Shown here one piece after another: positions 18,414-26,672 of a DNA stretch of 36,911 nt. Made by a program: the position numbers and the translations under genes. Position 1 is the first letter of the stretch; each line of letters starts with the position of its first letter. Source of the stretch: Candidatus Micrarchaeota archaeon. GTDB taxonomy: Archaea; B1Sed10-29. Under the pieces are notes generated by a model, which was not told where the DNA came from, did not search any database, and saw only the letters and a program-made list of their open reading frames with translations. The stretch is taken from NCBI GenBank assembly GCA_964388265.1, contig CAYLXZ010000005.1, positions 1 through 36,911 of the forward strand. Direction: 5' to 3'.

Positions 18414-19160
18414 GTGATTAAAATTTACGATAAAACAAAAAAACACACTATATTCCTATTCGCAGTACTTATAGGATCAATGTTGCTCCTACAAGGATGC
18501 GTACAGAGCGGTGGAACCGTCTCACCAGCAGAAGAAACGGTACTGGAAAGCATAAACAAAAGAAACCAAATAGAAAGCTATAAAGCGCAAGGAAGCCTAG
18601 AATTAACCATCAGTACACCTAAAGGAGAGATGGAAAACCAAGGAACAGTAAACTTCTATACATCAGGAGAAAACAAAAGAACCGATGTAAACATAAACCT
18701 AGCTAACCAAACCGCAGAAACTAGACTATACAATCTAGCGAATGAAACATACTCCTGTACCAAGAAAGGAAACTGGACCTGTGAAAAAGCAGAAAAAGGC
18801 GCAGTAGGATCCATGGGAACAGTGAAAGACCAAAAACTAAAAGAAATGATTAAAAAAGGAGAAATAACCTTTGCAAGTGAAGAAGTCCAAGAAAAAGAAG
18901 TAAATGGAAGAGAATGCAACTACGTAGTGATGAATGTAGATCCAGAAGCCCTCCTAGATACAGGAACACAACTGCAAGGTCAACTAGATTCACTGGAAAT
19001 AGGACAATGTCTTGACAAAGAAACAGGAATAGCACTACAATCCCAAACTGACATGGAAGTATCCATTGGTCAATCTGCTTCAATGACTATAAATATGAAA
19101 CTAGATTCTCTGGAAACAGGAGTAGAAGTATCTGAAGAGAAATTCACTCTCCCTGGCTAG
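18414..19160 (+). CDS. Hypothetical lipoprotein (beta-rich, LolA/LppX-like inferred)
   Basis: LLLQGC lipobox; start is either GTG 18414 (inside the SD) or ATT 18423. Confidence 0.78.
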   Translation: MIKIYDKTKKHTIFLFAVLIGSMLLLQGCVQSGGTVSPAEETVLESINKRNQIESYKAQGSLELTISTPKGEMENQGTVNFYTSGENKRTDVNINLANQTAETRLYNLANETYSCTKKGNWTCEKAEKGAVGSMGTVKDQKLKEMIKKGEITFASEEVQEKEVNGRECNYVVMNVDPEALLDTGTQLQGQLDSLEIGQCLDKETGIALQSQTDMEVSIGQSASMTINMKLDSLETGVEVSEEKFTLPG

Positions 19161-19980
19161 CGAAAGCAACGCTAGCGTACCCTACAACGTTGGATTTATC
19201 TCCAGAGGCTTCGAAGGAGGTGGAGGTGTCTAAAACCTTCACTCCTGCAGTATCTTTAAGTGAGTTTAGTGCTAGAGTTATAGGTATGAATCCACATATC
19301 GTGGACTCTTTACCTATCTGAAGTACTCTATCCACGTTTTTGTCTTTCACTTGTTCTAGGAACTCTTTGTCTTTTCTTTCAACGTATTTAACTGTATTTT
19401 CATTTCTAGGTGTGTTACCGAACCTAGTTCCTACGTGTAGAAGATCTGAGGATGCTATTATCACTGTATTTGGTTCTTGAGAGATCACTTCTTTTAGAGT
19501 ACTCGAGATTGAGTTTATTCTATCTCTTGTGAGGGTTGTGGAGAATGCTATTGGCGTGATCCGAACATCTGGAAGTAAATATTGGAGGAATGGAAGCTGT
19601 ACTTCTATGCTGTGTTCTTGGGAATGGGCTCTTTCATCTTTTTTTAGAACTTCATTCTCTAGGATTTTCTTAGTTATCTCCTCATTGTTTTTGATTTCTC
19701 CTAGTGGAGTTTCCCAGTCTTCTGTGGATACTGCGGCTGAGTACCCTATTCCTGTATGGTTCACACCTAGTAGTATGGCGTTTTTTACTTCTTGGTCTTT
19801 GAGGGAGCTGTATCCGTATGCAGCTGTTTCCCCGGAGTACGTGTAACCTGCGTGAGGAGATATTAGGCCTTTTGTATTTATCTCTGGGTCTGGTGTTTGT
19901 TCCAGTAGATTTTTTATTTTTCTCTGTAGTTTTTGTTTGTTGAATGGGTAGAATCCTGTTGCTGTGGGTTTTCTAGTGAT
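19144..19980 (-). CDS. amrB: AmmeMemoRadiSam system protein B (MEMO1 family), extended 72 codons beyond the ORF track
   Basis: Frame is open from ATC 19980: ITRKPTATGFYP...ISPHAGYTYSG...LLGVNHTG; later EHSIEVQLPFLQ, IASSDLLH, TICG and VVGYAS. Confidence 0.9.
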   Translation of the reverse strand: MTRKPTATGFYPFNKQKLQRKIKNLLEQTPDPEINTKGLISPHAGYTYSGETAAYGYSSLKDQEVKNAILLGVNHTGIGYSAAVSTEDWETPLGEIKNNEEITKKILENEVLKKDERAHSQEHSIEVQLPFLQYLLPDVRITPIAFSTTLTRDRINSISSTLKEVISQEPNTVIIASSDLLHVGTRFGNTPRNENTVKYVERKDKEFLEQVKDKNVDRVLQIGKESTICGFIPITLALNSLKDTAGVKVLDTSTSFEASGDKSNVVGYASVAFASQGE

Positions 19981-19984
19981 TTTA

Positions 19985-20986
19985 TCAGCTCCATACTCCT
20001 GTTATCTCTTTTCCGCATTCACTGCATTTCCCGTTCTTTAACCCAGTGGTGTTTGGTTTGGTTCTGGTTCTTTTGATCACTGTGTTTCCACATTCTGGGC
20101 ACTCTGTATTCCTTCCTTCTCCTGGTATGTTCCCTATGTACACGTGGTTTATTCCTTCTTCTCTCGCTATTTCTTCGGCTTTCTTCACTGTCTTGATTGG
20201 TGTTGGAGATCTGTCTTTCATCTTGTAGGCTGGGTAGAACCTAGATAGATGTAAGGGAACATTTTTTCCTACGTTTTCCACTATCCATCTGGACATTTCT
20301 CTGATCATCTCTTCATCGTCGTTTAATCCAGGTATTATTAGGTTGGTTATCTCTATCCATACTCCTTCGTTCTTCAGTGTCTTAATTGTTTCTAGAACTG
20401 GGTTGAGGTATCCGTTGGATATTTCTCTGTATAGCTGGTTGGAGAAGTATTTTAGGTCGATGTTAGCTGCGTCTAGGTTTTTTGTTAGGTCTTGGAGTGG
20501 TTTTTGGTTGACTAGCCCGCAGGTTACGGCGGTGTTTTTGAGGTTTTTCTGCTTAGCTATCTTCGCTGTGTCTTGCATGTATTCCATGTAGACTGTGGGT
20601 TCGTTGTAGGTGTATGCGATTATCTTGGCTTTTTTCTCTCTGGCTTTTTCAACAGCTTTTTCCGGTGGTAGATTTATTGATTTTATTTCTTCTTCTGTGC
20701 TTTGGCTCATTTGCCAGTTTTGACAGAACTTGCAGCTTTGGTTGCATCCTGCGGTTCCTATGGAGTAGGCTTGTTCTCCTGGTAGGAAGTGGAATAATGG
20801 TTTCTTTTCTATTGGATCTATGTGGGCTGTGGTGGGTTTTCCATAGACTGTTGAGTATAGTTCTCCGTCTTTGTTTTTTCTGACTCTGCATTTTCCTCTT
20901 TCACCTGTTTTCAGCCTACAGGTATGTGGGCAGAGCGTGCAGGTGACTTCTCCGTTGTGTTTGTGGTGGTATCTTGATTTTTCCAT
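19985..20986 (-). CDS. amrS: AmmeMemoRadiSam system radical SAM enzyme
   Basis: CTLCPHTC...GKCRVR, DPIEKKPLFHF, CNQSCKFCQN (CxxxCxxC), YTYNEP, PLHLSRFYP, C-terminal Zn ribbon. Confidence 0.95.
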   Translation of the reverse strand: MEKSRYHHKHNGEVTCTLCPHTCRLKTGERGKCRVRKNKDGELYSTVYGKPTTAHIDPIEKKPLFHFLPGEQAYSIGTAGCNQSCKFCQNWQMSQSTEEEIKSINLPPEKAVEKAREKKAKIIAYTYNEPTVYMEYMQDTAKIAKQKNLKNTAVTCGLVNQKPLQDLTKNLDAANIDLKYFSNQLYREISNGYLNPVLETIKTLKNEGVWIEITNLIIPGLNDDEEMIREMSRWIVENVGKNVPLHLSRFYPAYKMKDRSPTPIKTVKKAEEIAREEGINHVYIGNIPGEGRNTECPECGNTVIKRTRTKPNTTGLKNGKCSECGKEITGVWS

Positions 20987-21000
20987 TCTTATCCAGGGTT

Positions 21001-21468
21001 TTATCGTTTTTTGTTCTTCTTTTTTCTTTTTTCAATTATGTCTTGGATTTCCTGGGTTGTTGAGTGTTTTTGTGATGTTTTCTTCTTTTCCATCCATCCT
21101 GATTCTTTTACTTCGTATCCTTTCTTTTTCCAGAATTTCCTTGTTTTTTCTTTGTCTATTGATATTCCGTTTATTCTTTTTATCCCTAGTTTATTGGCTA
21201 CTTCTAGGGCTTTTTTGTTCATTTTTGTCCCTATTCCTTTTCCTCTTTTTTCTTCACCTACTCTGGCTTGTTGTAACATCATTGTTCCTTTGGATGGATT
21301 TGGAACTACTTCCATGTATCCTACGGGTTTTTCTCCTTCTTTTGCGATTATCCTAAGTTCTTTTTCATGTGCTTTCCCGCTGGCAAGACCTAGGTTTTCT
21401 TCAAGTTTCTTTTTCTTTTCTTTTGGTATTTTATCGGGATCTATTACTTCTAAATCTATATTAGACAT
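21001..21468 (-). CDS. GNAT-family N-acetyltransferase
   Basis: KPVGY, V-x-EEKRGKGIGTKM acetyl-CoA motif, KFWKKKGY. Confidence 0.88.
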   Translation of the reverse strand: MSNIDLEVIDPDKIPKEKKKKLEENLGLASGKAHEKELRIIAKEGEKPVGYMEVVPNPSKGTMMLQQARVGEEKRGKGIGTKMNKKALEVANKLGIKRINGISIDKEKTRKFWKKKGYEVKESGWMEKKKTSQKHSTTQEIQDIIEKRKKKNKKR

Positions 21469-21469
21469 T

Positions 21470-22027
21470 CTATCTCCTTTTATTTTTCTTCTTTTTCTTC
21501 TTTTCCTCTTTGCTTAGAGATATATCCTCTGCAAGTAGGCTAGTTACTTTGGATTTAGGTTTAGGTATTTTTTTCTTTATTTCTTCGGCTATTCCCATTT
21601 TCTCTACTTTGAATCCTCTTTCTTTCCAGAACTCCTTGGCTTCCTTACTTCCCACTTGGCCATGTATCTCTTTTATTCCTAGTTCTTCGGCTACGTTCTC
21701 TGCTATTTTATTCATCTTTGTCCCTATTCCCTTTCCTCTTTTTTCTTTCTTTACTTTGGTGTTAGCTATGTGCATGGAGTTCTTCTTGGCTTGTGGAACG
21801 ATGCTCATGTATCCTATGGGTTTTCCTTTTTCTTTCGCTACTACCATTAATGTTTGTTTGAGGGCTTTAGGTTTCTTTATATCAAGTGATTTCCATAGTT
21901 GTTTCTGTTTCTCTTCTGGAATTTGGTTGGGTTTTACCACGTCTAGGGATAGATTGTGCTTGTTAGGGGTTTTTCCATTTTTTTCTTTGGTTGTCTTTTG
22001 GTTTTCTCCGTGTTTTTCTTTAGCCAT
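21470..22027 (-). CDS. GNAT-family N-acetyltransferase (paralog of the neighbour)
   Basis: KPIGY, VKKEKRGKGIGTKM, AKEFWKERGF. Confidence 0.88.
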   Translation of the reverse strand: MAKEKHGENQKTTKEKNGKTPNKHNLSLDVVKPNQIPEEKQKQLWKSLDIKKPKALKQTLMVVAKEKGKPIGYMSIVPQAKKNSMHIANTKVKKEKRGKGIGTKMNKIAENVAEELGIKEIHGQVGSKEAKEFWKERGFKVEKMGIAEEIKKKIPKPKSKVTSLLAEDISLSKEEKKKKKKNKRR

Positions 22028-22070
22028 GTTTCCACGTTTATATTAATGTGTGAGTGTTTAAATCAGTTTT

Positions 22071-23270
22071 TCAGTTCATCCATTTATCTAGGCCTACGTT
22101 TGGCATTGGCTTGGCTTTGAAGGATTCGCTTGATGGACATGGTTTTCGGGCTTTGCAGCGTATGCATTCGGGTTTTGTGGATGTGGAGCAGTGTTTCTTC
22201 CCCAGAACCCATAGTGAATGGCTCAAGACCATGTAGTCTTCGAGTTGGTTCTCTGTGAATTCTTTGAGTTCTCTATGGTTGTTTAATCCTAGTCTTCTTG
22301 ACACGTTCATTATGTGTGTGGATTGCTTGGGTTTTTCGAAGAAGTATTCATTGTCTCTTGGGTAGTTCCAGTTTCCTCTTAGCACCATTCCACGTATAAA
22401 CTGTTTCTTTCTACGTGAGTCGTTTGACTTCATGTAGGGGATGTTTCCTAGGGTTTCTTTTATGTCTTTTAGTTCCTTGTTTTCTCTGTGTAGTTCTTTG
22501 AATGAGTACCCATGCTCTTTGAGTAGTTCGGCTGCTTTTAGTATTGCTTTTCCGTAGTTTATTACTCCTCCTTTGCCTGGGTTGAATAGTGTTGCTTTTC
22601 TGAGGTGTGGTAGTAGTTTCCTGGCTGCGTTTTCTTCTCCATGTTCTTCTATGAGCTGATTCAGCTGTCTGGGTTTATGGATTTCTTCTCGTTTCATTGA
22701 TCTGTAGGCTTTTATGAATGTTTGTGCTGGTCCTCCTCCGTCTAGTATGCTGTAGAATAGCCATAGCCATGCTCTTTCTTCGTTGAATTCCTGTGGGTTT
22801 CTTCCTTTGATTAATTCATGTGCGAATAATGGGTTCTGTTGACTGGTTTCCCGAAGTTTCTTTGCTAGTTGTTCTTTGTCTGTTTCTTCTCTTGGATGTG
22901 TTTCATGCACTTGCTCTGTGTCTATCTCGCTGTACTTTACTTCTTTCTTTTTCACGGCTGGTATTATGTTTGGTGCTGCTACCATGGCTACTACTTCGTT
23001 TTCTTTCTGGTATTTCCTGGTGCAGAACCAGTCTTTGTACTCTAGAACTTGCTCTACGGCTGACTCGGTGGCTGTCTGTTTCTTGAGCTCGAGGATAAGG
23101 TAGTTCTTCTCTGTATTGTCTTTGATGTTGAATAATATGTCTATGTATTTTTCTTGGTTTCCTTTCTTTACTGGTACTTGGAAGTCAACTAGCTCGAGGT
23201 CGTAGCTGGTGTCTAAGAGATCTGGGTTCCAGCATACTGCGTCTCTTATCTCCCATTCTGGAATCTTCAT
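22071..23270 (-). CDS. Fusion of a NucS-like PD-(D/E)xK nuclease and an HhH-GPD/EndoIII-like domain with Fe-S motif
   Basis: N-terminal NPDLL...IDIL...ILELK...AVEQVLEY...MVAAP; C-terminal STHIMNVSRRLGL, LWVLGKKH and C-x7-C-x2-C-x5-C. Confidence 0.78.
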   Translation of the reverse strand: MKIPEWEIRDAVCWNPDLLDTSYDLELVDFQVPVKKGNQEKYIDILFNIKDNTEKNYLILELKKQTATESAVEQVLEYKDWFCTRKYQKENEVVAMVAAPNIIPAVKKKEVKYSEIDTEQVHETHPREETDKEQLAKKLRETSQQNPLFAHELIKGRNPQEFNEERAWLWLFYSILDGGGPAQTFIKAYRSMKREEIHKPRQLNQLIEEHGEENAARKLLPHLRKATLFNPGKGGVINYGKAILKAAELLKEHGYSFKELHRENKELKDIKETLGNIPYMKSNDSRRKKQFIRGMVLRGNWNYPRDNEYFFEKPKQSTHIMNVSRRLGLNNHRELKEFTENQLEDYMVLSHSLWVLGKKHCSTSTKPECIRCKARKPCPSSESFKAKPMPNVGLDKWMN

Positions 23271-23308
23271 GTATAGGTATGTTTTTTGCTGGATAAATTT
23301 CTATTGTT

Positions 23309-23878
23309 TCACTTTGAATAAGGAAGACTGTTTTTCTTCATTCTTTCTTGGCTTTTTTTCTGTGTTTTCTTGCCTGGAGTTGCCTGTATCATCTTTCCGC
23401 CTTGTAGGAAGTTTTTTCCTCCTAGGTGGTATAGTGGTAGTCCTTCTTCTCCTTCATGGGTTTCTAGTACTTTCCCTATTACTAGGTAGTGGTCGCTTTC
23501 TTTCACTAGGTCTTTTACTTTGCATTCGAATCCTGCTAGTGTTCCTTCTATGAGCGGTGGCTTTACCTTGGTGCTTTCCACGGTTTTGAGGTTTGATTTC
23601 TTTATTTTGTCTGGTTCGTCTCTGTAGGATACGGTTCCCACGTAGAATAGTTCGTTGATTAGGTTTTTCCCCGGTATGTTGATTGTGAATTCCTTGTTTT
23701 CTTTGAGGTTCTCTAGTGTGTATCTTGATTTGTCTATGGCCCATGACACGAGCAGTGGATCTAGTGATATGAATCTCACTGAGGTCGTGACCATGGCGTT
23801 GGGTTCTCCTTCACTGTTTATTGAACCGATTATGGATACTGGGGAGCTGTTGAGTATTTCTTTTGGTTGAAGTTTCAT
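23309..23878 (-). CDS. Flavin reductase-like (DIM6/NTAB) family protein
   Basis: PNAM, DPLLVSWAI...RYTLENL...EFTINI, VKPPLIE...FECKV...SDHYLVIGKV. Confidence 0.9.
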   Translation of the reverse strand: MKLQPKEILNSSPVSIIGSINSEGEPNAMVTTSVRFISLDPLLVSWAIDKSRYTLENLKENKEFTINIPGKNLINELFYVGTVSYRDEPDKIKKSNLKTVESTKVKPPLIEGTLAGFECKVKDLVKESDHYLVIGKVLETHEGEEGLPLYHLGGKNFLQGGKMIQATPGKKTQKKSQERMKKNSLPYSK

Positions 23879-24037
23879 TTTTCCACCTGTTTGGTTATGT
23901 TTCTCGTTGTTGTATACATAATGAGAGTTAGGTTTTTAAAGAAAACGGTTGGTTTGATGGCTAGGTAATATGTAGATATATAAAGAAATAGAGATATTAA
24001 TGGATTTTAAGAGAATTTAATCGAAGTTTTAGCGTGT

Positions 24038-24229
24038 TTAAAGTTTCTTTACGTTTACGGCTTTTGGTCCTTTGTCTCCTTCTTCAACTTCGAACTCTAC
24101 TTCGTCGCCTTCTTCTACGGATTCTACTTCCAGTTCGCTGACGTGGAAAAAGACGTCTTCTCCACCGTCTTCTGGAGTGATAAATCCGTATTTCTTCCTG
24201 TTGTGGAAGAACTTAACGGTTCCTTGCAA
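24038..24229 (-). CDS. cspA: Cold-shock domain protein (CspA family); TTG start
   Basis: GTVKFF, YGFI (RNP1), DVFFHVS (RNP2), KGPKAVNV; GGAGG 8 nt before TTG 24229. Confidence 0.93.
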   Translation of the reverse strand: MQGTVKFFHNRKKYGFITPEDGGEDVFFHVSELEVESVEEGDEVEFEVEEGDKGPKAVNVKKL

Positions 24230-24386
24230 AATGTACACCTCCTAAACAATACTTAAATCTATGTATACCTTAACCCACGCGTTCTTTATAAACCTAGGAG
24301 TAGGTTTGGTTTCTTTTTAGGGGTATTGTTTTTTGGTTTATTGTTTTTGTCTTTTTTCATTTTTTTCTTGGTGTTCTTCTTGTTTT

Positions 24387-24626
24387 TCATTTTTTCTTTT
24401 CTAGTTCCTTGATTTTCTTCTTAGTTTTATCTATTTCTTCTTTTTCCTCTTCCAGAAGCTCTTTGTTTCCTTCTTGTTCTGCTTGTTTCTTAAGCTCTTT
24501 CCATCCGTCCAATGCGAAGCGTTCGTTTTTCAGCCTGTCTTTTCTGGAAGGAGTTCCTTCTTTTTTTTCAGCTTTCTTTGTTTTCTTTTTATTCTGTTTT
24601 TTATTCTGTTTTCTTTTGTTCACCAT
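24387..24626 (-). CDS. Hypothetical small Lys-rich protein
   Basis: 79 aa ORF with purine-rich coding bias. Confidence 0.55.
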   Translation of the reverse strand: MVNKRKQNKKQNKKKTKKAEKKEGTPSRKDRLKNERFALDGWKELKKQAEQEGNKELLEEEKEEIDKTKKKIKELEKKK

Positions 24627-24778
24627 TGTCTCATCTTCCGTCTTTCAGTTAAAGAATCTTTTTTATAGAGATTTATCTTCTGGCTTCGATTGATTATCTC
24701 AATCTCTGGGTTATTCTACCTCTGGTCACATTCGTATTAAGCGTTTGGTACTTAAAATAGTTTTGCAGGGTTCTTTAG

Positions 24779-24860
24779 CGCCGGGGAGGGGATTTGAACC
24801 CCTGTGGCCATAGGGCCACCGGTCCTCGAAACCGGCGCATTACCGCTCTGCCACCCCGGC
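24779..24860 (-). tRNA. tRNA-Ser(CGA)
   Basis: Acceptor GCCGGGG/CCCCGGC + G73, anticodon arm CCGGT-TTCGAGG-ACCGG, long variable arm TGGCC-CTAT-GGCCA, T-arm AGGGG-TTCAAAT-CCCCT. Confidence 0.95.
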
Positions 24861-24877
24861 TTATTTACAATTGATAT

Positions 24878-25390
24878 CTAGAAACTGTTAGCTTTATCTG
24901 TTATCTTCAGGTAAGCTAGAGCTAGCCCGATGAATATCACTGGAACAATGTATTTCTCCATCCTGCTTCCTGTGTCAATCGGTCCTTTTAGGTGCACGTT
25001 TCCTTTTTCACCTAGCCAGTGAACACCCTGTGGGTTAAGAGAATCAATCAATAGATGGCTCAGGTACCCTGAAGCAGCTCCGAACATCACCGGACCCATC
25101 CAAGACATGTTGAAGTGGCTTAATGCCAAGCCAGTGAGAAAGATCCATATAAATAAACCGTAGACGGTGTGAGTTAATCCCCTATGTGAAGTTATGGAGG
25201 ATACTCCTTGTGAAAGCATCTGTGTGAACGCGTTCCAGTGGCTGATAAAGCTCTTAGGGTGATCAATATCAGGAATCAAGCTACCTATAACCGCTGCAAG
25301 TAACCCTAACGCGGTTAAGGTGAATCCGAGTAATGGGGATAGGGCGATGAATACACCTACTCCTATCATTATGTGTGATCCGTGAAGCAT
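24878..25390 (-). CDS. Membrane-bound metal-dependent hydrolase (YdjM-like)
   Basis: N-terminal SH, GSLIPDIDHP, HRGLTHT and GYLSHLLIDSLNPQGV motifs. Confidence 0.9.
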   Translation of the reverse strand: MLHGSHIMIGVGVFIALSPLLGFTLTALGLLAAVIGSLIPDIDHPKSFISHWNAFTQMLSQGVSSITSHRGLTHTVYGLFIWIFLTGLALSHFNMSWMGPVMFGAASGYLSHLLIDSLNPQGVHWLGEKGNVHLKGPIDTGSRMEKYIVPVIFIGLALAYLKITDKANSF

Positions 25391-25403
25391 GTTTATATCA
25401 CCA

Positions 25404-26672
25404 TTATTTTAGTTCTAGTTTTATTCCTTTTATCTTCTCGTTGACTTCTTGCTGTATCTGTTTCTTCAGTTTCTTTATTTTCTTTCTCTGCTTCTTCTTC
25501 TCTTGTTTTAGTTCCTTGAGTTCCTTTTCTTTCTTTTTCTTCTCTTTCTTGTTCTTCTCCAGCTCTTTCTCCAGTTTATTCTCTTTGTCCAGGAAACTTG
25601 AATATGAATCTATCTCTTTTTCTTTTTCCTTTATCTCTTGTTCTTTCTTCTCTACTTTTTTTCTTTTCTTCTCTATTTTATCTAGGTTGCTCTTGGTTTT
25701 TTTCACTTTTTTCTTTGTCTGTTTACCTAGATTTACTCTGTCTTCTTGGGTTGATTTCAGAATCTCTTCCAGTAGGTTCTTTATCTCTTCTTTTTCTCTA
25801 TCTAGATAGGCTTCTAGAGGTTGATTTAGAAGTTCTTTGGCTAGTTCCTTGGGTTCACCTGCCTCTTCGTGTTTGAATTTTCTCAGTGCTCTATCCAGCT
25901 TGGATATATGGGTTTTTATGTATCTTTTTGCTTTCTCCACGTCTTTCTCCAGTTTCTCTTTCTTTTTCTTGAGTTTCTTTATCTTTCTGTGTTTCTTGTT
26001 TTCTCTGTAGTTTTCTAGTTCTTTCTTGGTTTTCTCGAGTTTTTCTTTGGCTTTTTCCAGTTCTTTTTCTTTCTTTGATTCGTCCAGTTCCTTTATCTTT
26101 TCCTTTGCTTTTTTCACTTTCCTCTGAGTTGCTTTGATTCTGTTTAGGGTTTCTTTTATTCTGTATTGTTGGGTTAGGAATCTTTGAAGTTCGTTTAATT
26201 TGTTTTGAAGTTGGTTAACGGTTTTCTTGACTTTGTTGTATTCTCTGAATTTGGTTAGGGCAGCGGCTTGTTTGTAGTTCATTTCCTTCAGGTTCTTTAA
26301 AGATGCTCTGTATTCTTTGAGGTATTTCTTGAGAGCCTGATGCGTTGTGTCTGGATCGGTTTCCAGGTCTTTCAGTTCTCTTTTGGTTTCTTCACAGAAG
26401 CTTTTCTTGAGGTCGGTGACCGCTGACTGCATTTGATCCATTTCAGTGGAGTAATCCGTGTTTTCCAGGGTTTTCACTTTATCGAGGACGTTTAAGCGAG
26501 CTTGGTTGATCTGCTCAGCTAGATTTTTAGCTTTTTTCTCTTTTTTCTCTATCTCTTGGGTCTTCTCTTCCCTTATTTTTTCAGGGAGATTGGATAGATC
26601 TGTTTTTATCTCTTTTGTTTCTATTTCTTTTTCTCCGGAGAAAACCTGTTTCAACGTATCTGTTAGACTCAT
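25404..26672 (-). CDS. Hypothetical long coiled-coil protein
   Basis: 422 aa, Lys/Glu heptads; no Walker motifs, so not called SMC. Confidence 0.75.
   Translation of the reverse strand: MSLTDTLKQVFSGEKEIETKEIKTDLSNLPEKIREEKTQEIEKKEKKAKNLAEQINQARLNVLDKVKTLENTDYSTEMDQMQSAVTDLKKSFCEETKRELKDLETDPDTTHQALKKYLKEYRASLKNLKEMNYKQAAALTKFREYNKVKKTVNQLQNKLNELQRFLTQQYRIKETLNRIKATQRKVKKAKEKIKELDESKKEKELEKAKEKLEKTKKELENYRENKKHRKIKKLKKKKEKLEKDVEKAKRYIKTHISKLDRALRKFKHEEAGEPKELAKELLNQPLEAYLDREKEEIKNLLEEILKSTQEDRVNLGKQTKKKVKKTKSNLDKIEKKRKKVEKKEQEIKEKEKEIDSYSSFLDKENKLEKELEKNKKEKKKKEKELKELKQEKKKQRKKIKKLKKQIQQEVNEKIKGIKLELK

Noticed and set aside
24300..24778. Integrated element at tRNA-Ser
   Set aside because: No duplicate of the tRNA-Ser 3' end seen downstream.
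25404..26672. SMC/Rad50 ATPase
   Set aside because: Coiled coil only; no Walker A/B or signature motif.
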